Position numbers and translations under genes: made by a program. From IMG/VR virus record IMGVR_UViG_3300047095_000811, positions 64,001 through 128,000 of that record: a DNA stretch of 64,000 bases; one strand, 5' to 3'. Origin of the DNA: a virus. The notes under the pieces were generated by a model. The model searched no databases, was not told the DNA's origin, and saw only the letters and a program-made list of their open reading frames with translations. Below, piece by piece: positions 1 to 10,035 of this stretch. Numbering within the stretch: position 1 is the first letter of the stretch; each line of letters starts with the position of its first letter.

Positions 1-146
1 GGGAGCTGAAGGAGAAGGGCCACGATGGCGAAGACCTGCTCCAGCGCAAGGTCTTGGCCAAGTTCGACGTCACGGACTACGTCGCAGCAGTGATCGACGA
101 GAAGTGGCCCGAGGTTGAAGAAAAACCGGCAAAGAAAAAGAAATGA
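1..146 (+). CDS. 3' end of hypothetical protein (partial)
   Basis: Open frame from position 3 (ELKEKGHDGEDLLQRK...KPAKKKK*); its TGA overlaps the ATG of the next gene (ATGA). Confidence 0.7.
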   Translation, partial: ELKEKGHDGEDLLQRKVLAKFDVTDYVAAVIDEKWPEVEEKPAKKKK

Positions 147-505
147 TAGCGATTCGCGGGGCCGACGACGTTGATATGATCGCAGATGTCGATGTAGAGC
201 ATCACGCCATCATCAAGGACCACTTCGAGGCTTCGTTTCTGCGAGGCCGTGGACACTGGAACCCCGATATAGAGGGTCACGCCGCTTACTTCGAGGAAGC
301 GGATGCCCTTCGGATGTATCCAGTCCACAGCGACGAGTACGAGTGGCTAGACCCTACCATCTGGGAGAACGTCGAGCTGCTTTATGGAGAGGTCTACGCC
401 GTGTACGTGGTGTTGAACAACTCCAACTGCTCTGTCGCGTACGTTCCCAAAAGATCTTGGGTTCCATCGGTGATCGGCGACATGCTGGTCGCCTTCACGA
501 ACTGA
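143..505 (+). CDS. hypothetical protein
   Basis: 120-aa ORF with typical codon bias, coupled to the upstream gene and followed by a terminator. Confidence 0.75.
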   Translation: MIAIRGADDVDMIADVDVEHHAIIKDHFEASFLRGRGHWNPDIEGHAAYFEEADALRMYPVHSDEYEWLDPTIWENVELLYGEVYAVYVVLNNSNCSVAYVPKRSWVPSVIGDMLVAFTN

Positions 506-509
506 CATA

Positions 510-537
510 GGGCGGTCCAACCGCCCTTTTTTTTTTT
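510..537 (+). terminator. intrinsic terminator
   Basis: GGGCGG-tccaa-CCGCCC hairpin followed by an 11-T run. Confidence 0.75.
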
Positions 538-540
538 ATC

Positions 541-951
541 ATGCTCAAGCTCACCACACCAGTCGAAGAACTGCGAGGCGTAAGCGAGGCGACGCATAGT
601 CTGATCTCGACCTACGTGAGAGACCTACTGAGCGAGGATCACAGCGTCCTGCTCGAAGAGATTGGCGGGACCGAATTCTGTCCGTTGTTTCCGGAGAGTG
701 CGGATGAAATCCTCAGCCTCACCGACCCGGAAGACAACGACAACATTGTCAACCGGGCCTTCAATATTATCAGCGACCCACTGAACACAGTATTCTTTGT
801 GTTCACGGAACCGGATCGCAACAAAGTAATCAATGTCTACATCTTGAAGGCGAAGCACTGCCCGCAGGTCTTCTTGCGCTTCATCGACTACATCCACGAC
901 GACGTGGACGACGAGGAAGACAACTACGTTCCTCCCTACGAGGTATCGTGA
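541..951 (+). CDS. hypothetical protein
   Basis: 136-aa ORF with phage codon bias; no obvious RBS. Confidence 0.65.
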   Translation: MLKLTTPVEELRGVSEATHSLISTYVRDLLSEDHSVLLEEIGGTEFCPLFPESADEILSLTDPEDNDNIVNRAFNIISDPLNTVFFVFTEPDRNKVINVYILKAKHCPQVFLRFIDYIHDDVDDEEDNYVPPYEVS

Positions 952-1004
952 CTACCCCATACAGGCCGAATTGAATTGCAGTATGAGCGAAATGCTCATA
1001 CTGC

Positions 1005-1016
1005 AACAAGGCTTTA
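1005..1016 (+). promoter_or_regulatory. putative late promoter AACA-N6-TA
   Basis: AACAaggcttTA about 20 nt before ATG 1037, right after a 13-bp inverted repeat (976-1006); heads the operon containing the portal. Confidence 0.7.
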
Positions 1017-1036
1017 GTCATATCATTGGAGCTGTC

Positions 1037-1546
1037 ATGATTAACGTCTCCGAACTAAAACAGAAGTTCGACCTTCTGCCGGTAGACAAGAACAACTGGG
1101 ATCTCTACCAGAGCCTTCTTGACTTGGACATGTCCGTCTTCAAACCACTGATGGAAGAAATCCTTGAGGGTCGAATGGACATCGAGGACACCCGACCGAT
1201 CTTCTCCAAGTACATGCCGAAGGTGGTAAGCGCGGTCAGAAACGAGGTCGAGAATAAGCGTCGGTTGATCAACACCGAGGAAGAATTCCGGAAGAACCTC
1301 GTCCGGCGAGCTCTCACTCCGGACGAAGCGATCAAGGAAGTCCGAGTCACGAACCCGGCATACGAGGACATCAAAGGGGTGATGATCGACAAGTACGAAG
1401 AGGCCACCGGCGACAAGCTGACCGAGAGCCAGCGCAGAGCGATGCTCATTGCAATGGAGCAGACTCAGTACTTCGATATCGATCTGTATGGGAACAAAGA
1501 GAAGCAAGTCCGTCTCTCGGACATGCTTTCCGGTAGCCCTAGCTAA
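1037..1546 (+). CDS. hypothetical late protein
   Basis: GGAG RBS before ATG 1037, preferred over the 971 start. Confidence 0.7.
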   Translation: MINVSELKQKFDLLPVDKNNWDLYQSLLDLDMSVFKPLMEEILEGRMDIEDTRPIFSKYMPKVVSAVRNEVENKRRLINTEEEFRKNLVRRALTPDEAIKEVRVTNPAYEDIKGVMIDKYEEATGDKLTESQRRAMLIAMEQTQYFDIDLYGNKEKQVRLSDMLSGSPS

Positions 1547-1557
1547 AGGAAAACAAA

Positions 1558-2589
1558 ATGGCAGAATTGCTACTCACGCAGAACGAGCTGGACGCGTACC
1601 TCTCATCGGTCGATCTCTCCGACCCGGCGATCAACAGCGTCTTCAACTCGATTCAGTTGCTCACTACGAACAACTACAACGACATTCTCTACTACCTCGT
1701 CAATGGGCGGCTGACCATCCAGCAGCTGATTCAGACTCCGATCAACAACGCCACTGCTCGGAACCTCATTGCAGCCGCCGAGCAGGGCGGGAGTACAATC
1801 CTTGCGAGGAAAAAGTTCTACCAGAATTTCCTGTCTAAGCTGCCCAGCTTCATAGCCTTCGGGAACGACATGAAGAGCGTGCTGAGCACGTACATGTACT
1901 TTCTCGCATACCCGAGTTCGAATTTCGTCAAGACCGTCGAGATCGACTCCACCGGGCTCAGCACGACGAAATTCAACGGGATTGCTCCTATCAAGGAGAA
2001 GCACAATCAGATCCTTGCGTACTGTAAGGCACAGCCACAGTGGTCTGCGCTCACGGCGTACTGCAGCCGCTACAACTTGAACTCTCTGCTCGCAATCTTC
2101 GACAAAGAACTCAACACGTACGAGATGATCTCCACTGCGGATCGCAAGTATCTGTCGCTGAGAGCGTCTGCCAAGGACAGCATCTGCGGATACGCAATCC
2201 GTGGACTGTACGGATTTTCTTACCGGGTCTACTACGCCGAGTATCTGGACTACATCGTCAGCCAGATGGCAGCGAAGTACGATCAGGACGCCGCAAAGAA
2301 CGGCGCGGTCGGTCTGAGGTACGCCCAGACGCTCAATAATTGGGACGTACTCCCTCGGAGCTCAACCGCGTCGGAGCTCATCAAGAACCTCGGTCAGCTC
2401 TACATGGTGTTCTACAAGTTCCCGTCGATCTACGGTTCTTCGTACTTCACTCAAGCCGAAATAAACAGCGCACGAGCAATGCTCTCCATCTACATCGGAG
2501 ACGACGCGCTCAATCCGGGTTTCTTCGGGTACGTGAGGGCTTTCTTGGAGCTCTTCAACTCCCAGCTCGAAGCGCAGCTAGTTCCGTGA
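1558..2589 (+). CDS. putative virion structural protein
   Basis: 343 aa, AAGGA RBS, in the late operon leading to the portal. Confidence 0.55.
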   Translation: MAELLLTQNELDAYLSSVDLSDPAINSVFNSIQLLTTNNYNDILYYLVNGRLTIQQLIQTPINNATARNLIAAAEQGGSTILARKKFYQNFLSKLPSFIAFGNDMKSVLSTYMYFLAYPSSNFVKTVEIDSTGLSTTKFNGIAPIKEKHNQILAYCKAQPQWSALTAYCSRYNLNSLLAIFDKELNTYEMISTADRKYLSLRASAKDSICGYAIRGLYGFSYRVYYAEYLDYIVSQMAAKYDQDAAKNGAVGLRYAQTLNNWDVLPRSSTASELIKNLGQLYMVFYKFPSIYGSSYFTQAEINSARAMLSIYIGDDALNPGFFGYVRAFLELFNSQLEAQLVP

Positions 2590-2596
2590 GGAGATT

Positions 2597-3646
2597 ATGC
2601 CGAAACTTTCAATGTATGACCTTCGAAAATTCACTTCGAAGGTGGATCAGACAAATTTCCTGATCTTTGCAAAACTGCTGAACCTGACAGACCAAGACCT
2701 GTTCAACCTCGTCATAGAACTGCTGAATGACAACCGGATCAATCTGTTCATGCTCAGCGGTCTCCCCATGATCAGCGACCACACGGTCAAGAACTTCGTA
2801 GAAAGCTACCTCATCCACGTCGATCCTCAAGTCTTGCACACCTCGAATGTGTCGGACTTCAGCGTGTCGGACTACATGGAGGGGCTGAAGGACGGGGCGA
2901 ACGTCACCACCCTGATCGATCTGCTGAGAGCGTACAACGCTCAAGAGAACCTGAACTACGGTAAGCCCGGAAGGAAACTGATCGGAGACATCAAGCTCAC
3001 GCTCGACCGCTCAAGCTACTTCGGGTACAACAGTCTGCAGGACATCAAGACCGTCTTCGACCAGCACGTCAACTCCGACATCTGCAACGAGTTCCAGACG
3101 ATCGACATCCAGTACGTGTTCCCAACACCGCAGTCCCTCCCGACCCCGAATTCGGACCGGGCGACAGCAGTGCGGACGTGGTACTCCGACGTCTTTTCTC
3201 CGTTTCTGGGAGTCTTGAACAACCAGAGCCTACACGGCCTCCTGTACAGCGTCGACGAGACGATGGCAAAGTCGCAGGAGTACGTGGTCGAGTTCCACGA
3301 GATCTACAACTTCAAGCTCTACGGCGACAACATCCCGAAGCTGCACAACCAGACTGCGTTTGAGCTGGCTGCTCTCGGACGACCCTACAACGATGCCGAG
3401 ATCGCCGCCATCGAGGAGTCGATCTACAGCACATCGATCGTGCCGACGAGCCTGAGTGAGAGTATCTCCCTGAAGCTCTACAAGGCCCACATCGTTGCAC
3501 TCCACAAGGGTTACGCCGGAGATGCAGCCTACGCTAGTAAGATTATCGACGACCTCGAAGTGATCATCGAGATGATCGAACACTTCAAGAAAGTAGTCAA
3601 TATGATCTTGAACCAAACTCACGAGAATTTTAAAGTAGTGACATGA
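2597..3646 (+). CDS. putative virion structural protein
   Basis: 349 aa, GAGGAG RBS, directly upstream of the portal. Confidence 0.55.
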   Translation: MPKLSMYDLRKFTSKVDQTNFLIFAKLLNLTDQDLFNLVIELLNDNRINLFMLSGLPMISDHTVKNFVESYLIHVDPQVLHTSNVSDFSVSDYMEGLKDGANVTTLIDLLRAYNAQENLNYGKPGRKLIGDIKLTLDRSSYFGYNSLQDIKTVFDQHVNSDICNEFQTIDIQYVFPTPQSLPTPNSDRATAVRTWYSDVFSPFLGVLNNQSLHGLLYSVDETMAKSQEYVVEFHEIYNFKLYGDNIPKLHNQTAFELAALGRPYNDAEIAAIEESIYSTSIVPTSLSESISLKLYKAHIVALHKGYAGDAAYASKIIDDLEVIIEMIEHFKKVVNMILNQTHENFKVVT

Positions 3647-3656
3647 AGGATTCTAC

Positions 3657-6095
3657 ATGGCAAAGAAAGATGAAACAAGGCTCCCGCTGAAGGTGAGCCA
3701 GTCCGCCCTCAAGGCTCTTGACCGCATGAAGAAGAGCACCGATACGATCGTGTCCGTGCAATCCGGAGTGACTAAAGAGCTGATGAAGGCGGGTAGCGCA
3801 CTGGACGAGCTCAACCAGAGCATCAACCGGAGCGTCCTCAAGACTTACAACAACTTCGTCGGTCTAGGTCAAGATTTCAATGCGCAGGAAGTCAATCAGA
3901 TCCTCGCGCTGACCCAGAAGAACGCGACTCAGAAGAAGACCGACATGAAGAAGGTCGTCGCCGACTTCAAGAAATCGGTCCAGAGCAACGAGCAGACTCA
4001 AGAGCTGCTCAAGTCTCGCAAGGAGTACAAGGCGAGCCTCTACAGTTCGTACGACCTGATCGTCAGCATCATCCCGAAGATGAGACTGGCGCTGAACACG
4101 ATCACGAACAGCATCATTTCTCCGGATGACTTCTCGAAGCGTTCGATGTCGATCTACTTCGACGACAAGAATCTCGCTCCGCAAGATGCCGAAGAAATTC
4201 GTCGCCGCATGCAGCGCCTGATGGAGAAGTACGGCATCGAGAAGGACCTCAAGGAGGACGTCGTCGATACGCTGGTGAAGGGAGAGAAGTTCTGGGCGAT
4301 TCTGTCCATGAACGAGGAAATCAAATCTCTCCTCAAGGAAAGCGCGACCGAGAAGAACGGAGGGTATCACACCCTTGAAGGGACTTGCTCCTCGATGCTG
4401 AACGAGCACGTCGCCACGGTAGAAGAGACCTGTCTCCTCGACGAGGGCGTCTACCTCTTCTCGGAAGACAAGAGCAAGGCCGACCGCAGTAAGTTCGCCA
4501 GAGATCTCGACGATTTCATCGCCGATAACCTCGTCATCGGGTCTTCCACTCAGTTCCTCGCCGAGCACCAGTCTCTGACGGAAGAGCTTGAGAACTCCGC
4601 AGTCCTCAAGAGCACCCACGAGATGAGAGCTTCCGACCAGACGAAGCGCGAAGGAGACGTGCCGGACACCGCGATCGACGGCCTCCGTTTGGCCTCAGAC
4701 AACGCCATCCTGAAGAAGCTGAAGGCAGACCACGTCGTCAAGCTCGAATACGATGACCGAGTTTATGGTTATGTCTACGTCGATGCCATTGCCATCGACG
4801 AGAAGGATAAGACCGGAAAAGTCAAGAACTCGCCAGCAGAACAAGCCGGGAGCGATCAGAATCTGGTCACTGCCGGGGTGCAGGGCGTACTGTACTCGTC
4901 CTCCGACATCGACAAGGGCGTCACCGGCGAGAAGCGGGCGGTCATCAACGATCCGAAGCTGAAGTACATCGCAGACGTGTTCGTCAACCGTCTGTCGAAG
5001 AAGGAGAACATCCGCCTGCTCAAGAAGTCTGAGCAGCTGAAGCATGCGATCTACCACTCCTTGATCACCAAGCGGATCACGAAGGACGAGAAGATCCGCG
5101 TCGTGTTCTTCACTCCGGACGAGGTTGTCCACATCGACCGCAAGGAATCGATCTTCGACAACGTACTCTTCTTCGCCAAGTTGTACATCGCTACCCTGAT
5201 CACGATCCTGATGCAGAACATCGTTCGTGGCGCGGACAAGCGGGCGTACTACATCGATATCGGTCTGGAGAACGATGCAGCTAACGCCATCAACGGCGTC
5301 ATCCGAGACATCAAGTCCAAGGACCTGACGAACGTTCACAACATGGACATGACGTCCATGCTGAACATCCTCGGCGACTTCAACGACTACTACATCCCCT
5401 CCATCGACGGCGAGAAGCCGATCGAGATCAGCACCGTGGACGGGCTGCAGAATATCTCCCTCGACAACGAGTTCCTGAACTGGTTGTCCAACAACATCTT
5501 CTCTGGGATCGGCCTGCCTGCCGCGTACCTGACCGAAGTCGACAACGTGGACTTCGCCAAGGCGCTCTCCATGCAGAACGCTCGCTTCATCCGCGACATC
5601 GTCTCCGAACAGAACACGTTCGGTTACGGTTACTCGGAGCTCCTGAAGAAACTGTACATGAAGGAGTTCGCAGCAGAGCTCTCCAGCAAGGGCAATGATG
5701 ATGACTCCAACGGCAAAGAGAAGACCACGACTCGTCTCTTCGACGTAGACTCGATCGAGGCGAGGTTCCCCTCCCCGGTGAGCCTGAACATGACCAACCT
5801 CAACGACCAGATCGGCAACCTCACGACGCTGATCGATGCGCTGTCGGAGGTCATTGACGTCAAGTCCGAAGACAAGGACGCTGCGACACCCATCTTCAAG
5901 CGCGAGATGTTCCGCAAGTATCTGCCCAACGTCAACTGGGAGGATGTGGACGGAATCGTCGCGAAGGTGAAGAAGGAGATCCTCACGTCCAAGATCAAGG
6001 CAAAACAGCCCGAAGGCGACGGTTCGGAAGAACCCGACGCTCCTGACGCCACCAGTGCGCCTAGTACCGACGTCAGCATGGACGACATGGAGTAA
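3657..6095 (+). CDS. portal protein
   Basis: 812 aa; RGADKRAYYIDIG, DYYIPS and GLPAAYL segments resemble the T4 gp20-type portal (RRxFYIDVG, EDYWLP, LxVPxSR). Confidence 0.8.
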   Translation: MAKKDETRLPLKVSQSALKALDRMKKSTDTIVSVQSGVTKELMKAGSALDELNQSINRSVLKTYNNFVGLGQDFNAQEVNQILALTQKNATQKKTDMKKVVADFKKSVQSNEQTQELLKSRKEYKASLYSSYDLIVSIIPKMRLALNTITNSIISPDDFSKRSMSIYFDDKNLAPQDAEEIRRRMQRLMEKYGIEKDLKEDVVDTLVKGEKFWAILSMNEEIKSLLKESATEKNGGYHTLEGTCSSMLNEHVATVEETCLLDEGVYLFSEDKSKADRSKFARDLDDFIADNLVIGSSTQFLAEHQSLTEELENSAVLKSTHEMRASDQTKREGDVPDTAIDGLRLASDNAILKKLKADHVVKLEYDDRVYGYVYVDAIAIDEKDKTGKVKNSPAEQAGSDQNLVTAGVQGVLYSSSDIDKGVTGEKRAVINDPKLKYIADVFVNRLSKKENIRLLKKSEQLKHAIYHSLITKRITKDEKIRVVFFTPDEVVHIDRKESIFDNVLFFAKLYIATLITILMQNIVRGADKRAYYIDIGLENDAANAINGVIRDIKSKDLTNVHNMDMTSMLNILGDFNDYYIPSIDGEKPIEISTVDGLQNISLDNEFLNWLSNNIFSGIGLPAAYLTEVDNVDFAKALSMQNARFIRDIVSEQNTFGYGYSELLKKLYMKEFAAELSSKGNDDDSNGKEKTTTRLFDVDSIEARFPSPVSLNMTNLNDQIGNLTTLIDALSEVIDVKSEDKDAATPIFKREMFRKYLPNVNWEDVDGIVAKVKKEILTSKIKAKQPEGDGSEEPDAPDATSAPSTDVSMDDME

Positions 6096-6135
6096 AAGTG
6101 AAGCCCCCTTACGGATTGACCGTAAGGGGGATTTT
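6095..6135. terminator. bidirectional intrinsic terminator
   Basis: 11-bp stem CCCCCTTACGG/CCGTAAGGGGG flanked by A and T runs. Confidence 0.75.
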
Positions 6136-6230
6136 CACAGAGATTCTTGGCAGGATTGGCAGATCGGAAGTGACGGAAAGGTAGTCGTCTATGAATTTGG
6201 CCGACAACGCCAATTTCTGCTTCGTATCTC
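6095..6230 (-). ncRNA. candidate late small RNA 1
   Basis: AACA-N6-TA on the minus strand at 6231-6242, about 130 nt with two hairpins and no ORF, ending in the 6104-6130 terminator. Confidence 0.45.
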
Positions 6231-6268
6231 TATCAGGATGTTCGAATATCCCAACCGACCGTAGTGAC

Positions 6269-6312
6269 AAAAAAGAACCTCAATGGCCCCGAAGGACCAT
6301 TGAGGGTTCTTT
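6269..6312 (-). terminator. terminator of the sheath-tube operon
   Basis: AAAGAACC(C)TCAATGG inverted repeat with a T run on the minus strand. Confidence 0.75.
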
Positions 6313-6323
6313 CCGCGCCTCGA

Positions 6324-7106
6324 TTAGGCCGAAGGAACGCTGGAAGCGTATTCGGACAGGTTGAGGAAGTCGTTCTCGTTGTAGAACTTGTACACCTTGG
6401 AGGTGCTCATCTGGGCGGCTGCGAATGCTTCCACAGCTTGACCGAAGTTCATGTAACCCTTGAACTCCTGCTCGTTCTCAGCGAATTCGTGCGAGCCGGA
6501 TTCGTAGTTGAAGTGTTGCAGGAAGATCTTGGTCGGCATGACGTGGGTGAACAGACAAGCGAACTCGATGTTCGACTTGTCAGCGCCGACGCCGAAGTTG
6601 TCGGCGTCAGGACGGGTCACCACGTAGAGCAGGATGCCGGTGTGGTTGTTGGAGTGGTAAGGCACGTTGTGCTTCTTCGGGTACGTCGCGATGCCGGTCT
6701 TCGGATCGCGGATACCAGAGGTCCACTCGTTGTAGTACTTGGTGATCGGAGCGCCAGACTGCTCTTGGTACTTCAGGGTGAAGCCCTCGGCCTTCTGCAT
6801 GGTGCCCTTCGCGAACGACAGTTCGTTGTTCGTGAAGCCAGCGGTGATCGCGCCGGTATCCAGTTGGATGTCGGACAGACCGCTGAAAGCCTTGAAGTTG
6901 CGCTCGGTCAGCTGCTTGAATTCGGCACCGTTGTCGGCACCGATCCAGTCAGGGACTTTGATCCACTTGATGAAAGCGTAACCGGAAACGTACGGGTCCT
7001 TCATGTTGGCCCCGTGATGAACGTGACCGTTGAAGAACGACTCCTGAGACGGAGTCACGGTGTGGTTCGTCAGGTTCGGTTCGCGGATGAGGTTGGTGTT
7101 TGCCAT
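6324..7106 (-). CDS. tail tube protein
   Basis: 260 aa directly downstream of the sheath; YYNEWxSGIRDPKTG resembles gp19-type tube proteins. Confidence 0.7.
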   Translation of the reverse strand: MANTNLIREPNLTNHTVTPSQESFFNGHVHHGANMKDPYVSGYAFIKWIKVPDWIGADNGAEFKQLTERNFKAFSGLSDIQLDTGAITAGFTNNELSFAKGTMQKAEGFTLKYQEQSGAPITKYYNEWTSGIRDPKTGIATYPKKHNVPYHSNNHTGILLYVVTRPDADNFGVGADKSNIEFACLFTHVMPTKIFLQHFNYESGSHEFAENEQEFKGYMNFGQAVEAFAAAQMSTSKVYKFYNENDFLNLSEYASSVPSA

Positions 7107-7132
7107 AGCTTATTCCTTATCTCTCGACCAGA

Positions 7133-9169
7133 TTAGCGGTTCACGACGAAGTCGATGAAGATACGCTCGATCAGACCGGTGAAGATCATGTCCACGCGAA
7201 CGCGGGCAATCTTCTGTTGACGGTCGTAGTCGGAGGCGTAGACAGCACCGGAGATGGTCTTGCAGGTCCTGTTGGAAACCCACTTCTGCAGGTAGCTGTT
7301 CAGGTTGTAAGACATCGACTCGTGGGTGATCGCGTCGTTGAACTCGTCGCGGTACTCGTCCATCATCGCTTCGACGTCACGCTTGATGCGCATCAGCGCA
7401 CGGACGTTGTTGATGTTGGACAGAGCAGAGTTGACGGTCTGCGCAGTCAGCTGCGTACCGAAGTTGATGCGCTTCGGATCCTTCTCGACGTAGTTGACCT
7501 GCGCCTTGTAGAGGGATTCCTTCCACATCTCGTTCGGGAAGAAGTTGATCTGGTCGAAGCCGGAGATCGTGCCACGGCGGGGGCCGGTGAAGGACCACTG
7601 GACGCCAAACTGCTCGTCGTTTGCCGGAATCTTCTTGGCCAGGAAGTAGGTCATGGTGACCTTGATGTTCTGGCCGGTGTACTCGTCGTAAACCACCGCG
7701 TCTTGGCCGAAAATGGCAGTGCGGAAGTTGGACATGGAGATGGAACCGTGGCGGAAGTCGATCGTCTGCTGGGCGGTCGCTTGGAAGCCGCAGTCGAGGA
7801 TTGCCACGCAGTCTTCGCGCATCACGTCTGCGAACTCGGACATCGCGTTCTTCACGGAAGCCGGGTTGTTGCCGTCGAGCAGCACGTCGAAGAGGTACTG
7901 TTTCTTGTCGAGGATCACGCTGTCGATCTCGGCTTTGTAAGCCTTGTTCAGCAGGGACTCTTCGCTGAAGTCAGCGATCTGAACCCACAGAGCCGGGTTG
8001 GCACCAGTCGGATCGGCAGACTTGTCGTACACCGGACCCCAAGTGCCGTCGTGGCCACCCATCAGGTAGCAGACGTCGGACAGATCGGGAGCGAAAGACA
8101 GAGTCTTCCAGTTGTCCTGATAGTCTTCCGGGTTCGGCACGTCGACGTTGTTGACCTTGGGAGTCGCGAACTTGACGCCTTGGTTGTGGTGGATGGCGGC
8201 AGCGGTGAAGGACGGGGAGGCAGTGCCTTGGCCGGACGCATACACTTGAACGCCAGAACGCTCCTTGCCGAAGAAGACGTCCAGATGCAGCGGGTTGACG
8301 CCGCTGATGTCGGGATCGTGACCGGCAGTGCCATCAACGCCCATGTCGAAGTCGATGATGAAGGAACGAACTTCCTCCATGCGGTCTTCGTACTCGTCGG
8401 CGATGGCGACCTTCAGGAACTTGGAGTACTTGTTCAGCACGTTTGCGAAGAACAGGGACTCGCGGCTGCGATCCTTGGCGGTCTTCTCGAAGGAGACCGT
8501 GTAGGGACCGTCGACAACCACGTCAGCGCCGGTGATGTCCTTGGCGGTGATTTCCAGACCGTAGGTACGGAAGTCGTACGTATTGTCCAGACCGTCCTTC
8601 ACGGACAGGCGGATGCCCATCTTGTTGTACGCCTTGCCACGACCGTACGGGTAGAACACGGCCAGCGGGTACACCTTGGTGGTGGAGGGAACGGGATGGC
8701 CGGTGCCGAGCACGTCGGTCATGGCGGAGGTGTTCGCCATATCCGGTGCGGTGTTGACCAGAGTCTCCATCGCTTCCAGACTAGCGGCGGAAGTGCCGAC
8801 AGTGTTCTTGGAACCGACGTTGGAGATCAGAGGAACAACGGTTTTGGAACCGTTCACGTTGTCCAGACCGAGGGACAGGACGATGTTGGAGTACTCTGCA
8901 TCACCCGGCAGAACACGGATGAAGTAAGCCTCACCGCCTGCGCCCAGCCAGTTGTACACGTTGTACATGGACTGGCCGGTGATCGGCATGTTGGGTTCGC
9001 CGAAGATGAACTTGGCTTCATCCTTGGTGGTGAGTCTTGTCAGAATGTTGTCAGGGCCTTTCACGGCCTTGCCGCATGCGAAAAGAACCGTCGTACCCGC
9101 CGCAGTCTGGAAGACGAACGAGTTGTCGATGATTCTCGAATGCACTGACGGATGCAAATATTCAGGCAT
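7133..9169 (-). CDS. contractile tail sheath protein
   Basis: N-terminal YLHPSVHSRIIDNS and KGP; C-terminal GPRRG, LSNINNVRALMRIKR and IERIFIDFVV are typical of sheath proteins. Confidence 0.88.
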   Translation of the reverse strand: MPEYLHPSVHSRIIDNSFVFQTAAGTTVLFACGKAVKGPDNILTRLTTKDEAKFIFGEPNMPITGQSMYNVYNWLGAGGEAYFIRVLPGDAEYSNIVLSLGLDNVNGSKTVVPLISNVGSKNTVGTSAASLEAMETLVNTAPDMANTSAMTDVLGTGHPVPSTTKVYPLAVFYPYGRGKAYNKMGIRLSVKDGLDNTYDFRTYGLEITAKDITGADVVVDGPYTVSFEKTAKDRSRESLFFANVLNKYSKFLKVAIADEYEDRMEEVRSFIIDFDMGVDGTAGHDPDISGVNPLHLDVFFGKERSGVQVYASGQGTASPSFTAAAIHHNQGVKFATPKVNNVDVPNPEDYQDNWKTLSFAPDLSDVCYLMGGHDGTWGPVYDKSADPTGANPALWVQIADFSEESLLNKAYKAEIDSVILDKKQYLFDVLLDGNNPASVKNAMSEFADVMREDCVAILDCGFQATAQQTIDFRHGSISMSNFRTAIFGQDAVVYDEYTGQNIKVTMTYFLAKKIPANDEQFGVQWSFTGPRRGTISGFDQINFFPNEMWKESLYKAQVNYVEKDPKRINFGTQLTAQTVNSALSNINNVRALMRIKRDVEAMMDEYRDEFNDAITHESMSYNLNSYLQKWVSNRTCKTISGAVYASDYDRQQKIARVRVDMIFTGLIERIFIDFVVNR

Positions 9170-9247
9170 AGTTTCTTTCCTTAAGTGAGAAAGTGTGCAT
9201 AGCTTCCGAAGCCCTTGCACAATGTCAAAGGTTTTGGGATAGCCTTC

Positions 9248-9259
9248 TAAGTAGTTGTT
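9248..9259 (-). promoter_or_regulatory. putative late promoter (sheath)
   Basis: AACAactactTA. Confidence 0.7.
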
Positions 9260-9272
9260 TGGGAGGACCCTG

Positions 9273-9971
9273 TCAATATTTGAGGATCTTCTCTACCGGC
9301 GAGATGATCTGGTCCTTTTCGCCGCGAGACATGATGACTGCGGACTGCAACGACTTATTGATGTCTTCGAAGGAGATTGCGTTGAAGACGGAGGTGACGC
9401 GGGAGATCTCCTTGATCGAGATGAGCTTGAAATCCTTCGGCGAAACGCTCTTGTCCTTCAAGGCGAGGCGGAGAGGCTTCGTCTCATCCTTGTCCCAGCG
9501 GACCAACTCGGACGTGATAGCTTCGATGACGACCGGCTGAGACGCTACACGGGTGTCGTTCATCTGAGCGTTCTTGGAGAACAGGCCGATCAGCTCTTCC
9601 GGAGAATTCACGTTGATCTTTGCGGCGATCAAGTAGTTTAGGAACTTATTGACCGAATCGACCCGCTTGAAGTACGTGGTCGACTCGATGATTACGTCTT
9701 CCGGTTCGAACGTCACGTACTTCCCTTCGGAGTCGTCGGTGGCATTGAACGCGTTGATTTTGATGACAACAGGAAGGTTGACCTGATAGTCTTTGTACTT
9801 GGCGAAAGAGGCGTCGTCCGAGACCCTCATCACGAAGAAGCCGAGAGTCTGGATGTCGGTGTCGATCACCTCTGCCAGTTCATCCTCGAACATCTGCTTC
9901 GAGATGATCACTCGGATGTACTTCTTCGCGATCACCTTGTTGTCTTTCTGCTCTATGAAGGGAAACTTCAT
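9273..9971 (-). CDS. multisubunit RNA polymerase beta-prime C-terminal fragment (probably virion RNAP)
   Basis: IEAITSELVR...SVFNAISFEDINKSLQSAV aligns with the RpoC C-terminal HIEVIVRQM...SFISAASFQETTRVLTEAA; AAGGA RBS; late promoter at 9993-10004. Confidence 0.65.
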   Translation of the reverse strand: MKFPFIEQKDNKVIAKKYIRVIISKQMFEDELAEVIDTDIQTLGFFVMRVSDDASFAKYKDYQVNLPVVIKINAFNATDDSEGKYVTFEPEDVIIESTTYFKRVDSVNKFLNYLIAAKINVNSPEELIGLFSKNAQMNDTRVASQPVVIEAITSELVRWDKDETKPLRLALKDKSVSPKDFKLISIKEISRVTSVFNAISFEDINKSLQSAVIMSRGEKDQIISPVEKILKY

Positions 9972-10035
9972 CTTGAATTCCTTACAGTGATCTAGGTAGA
10001 TGTTCCCGTATGGCGTTAACCATACGGGAGACACA

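Noticed and set aside
7217-9148. 643-aa plus-strand ORF
   Set aside because: Antisense shadow of the sheath gene caused by codon bias; no RBS or motifs
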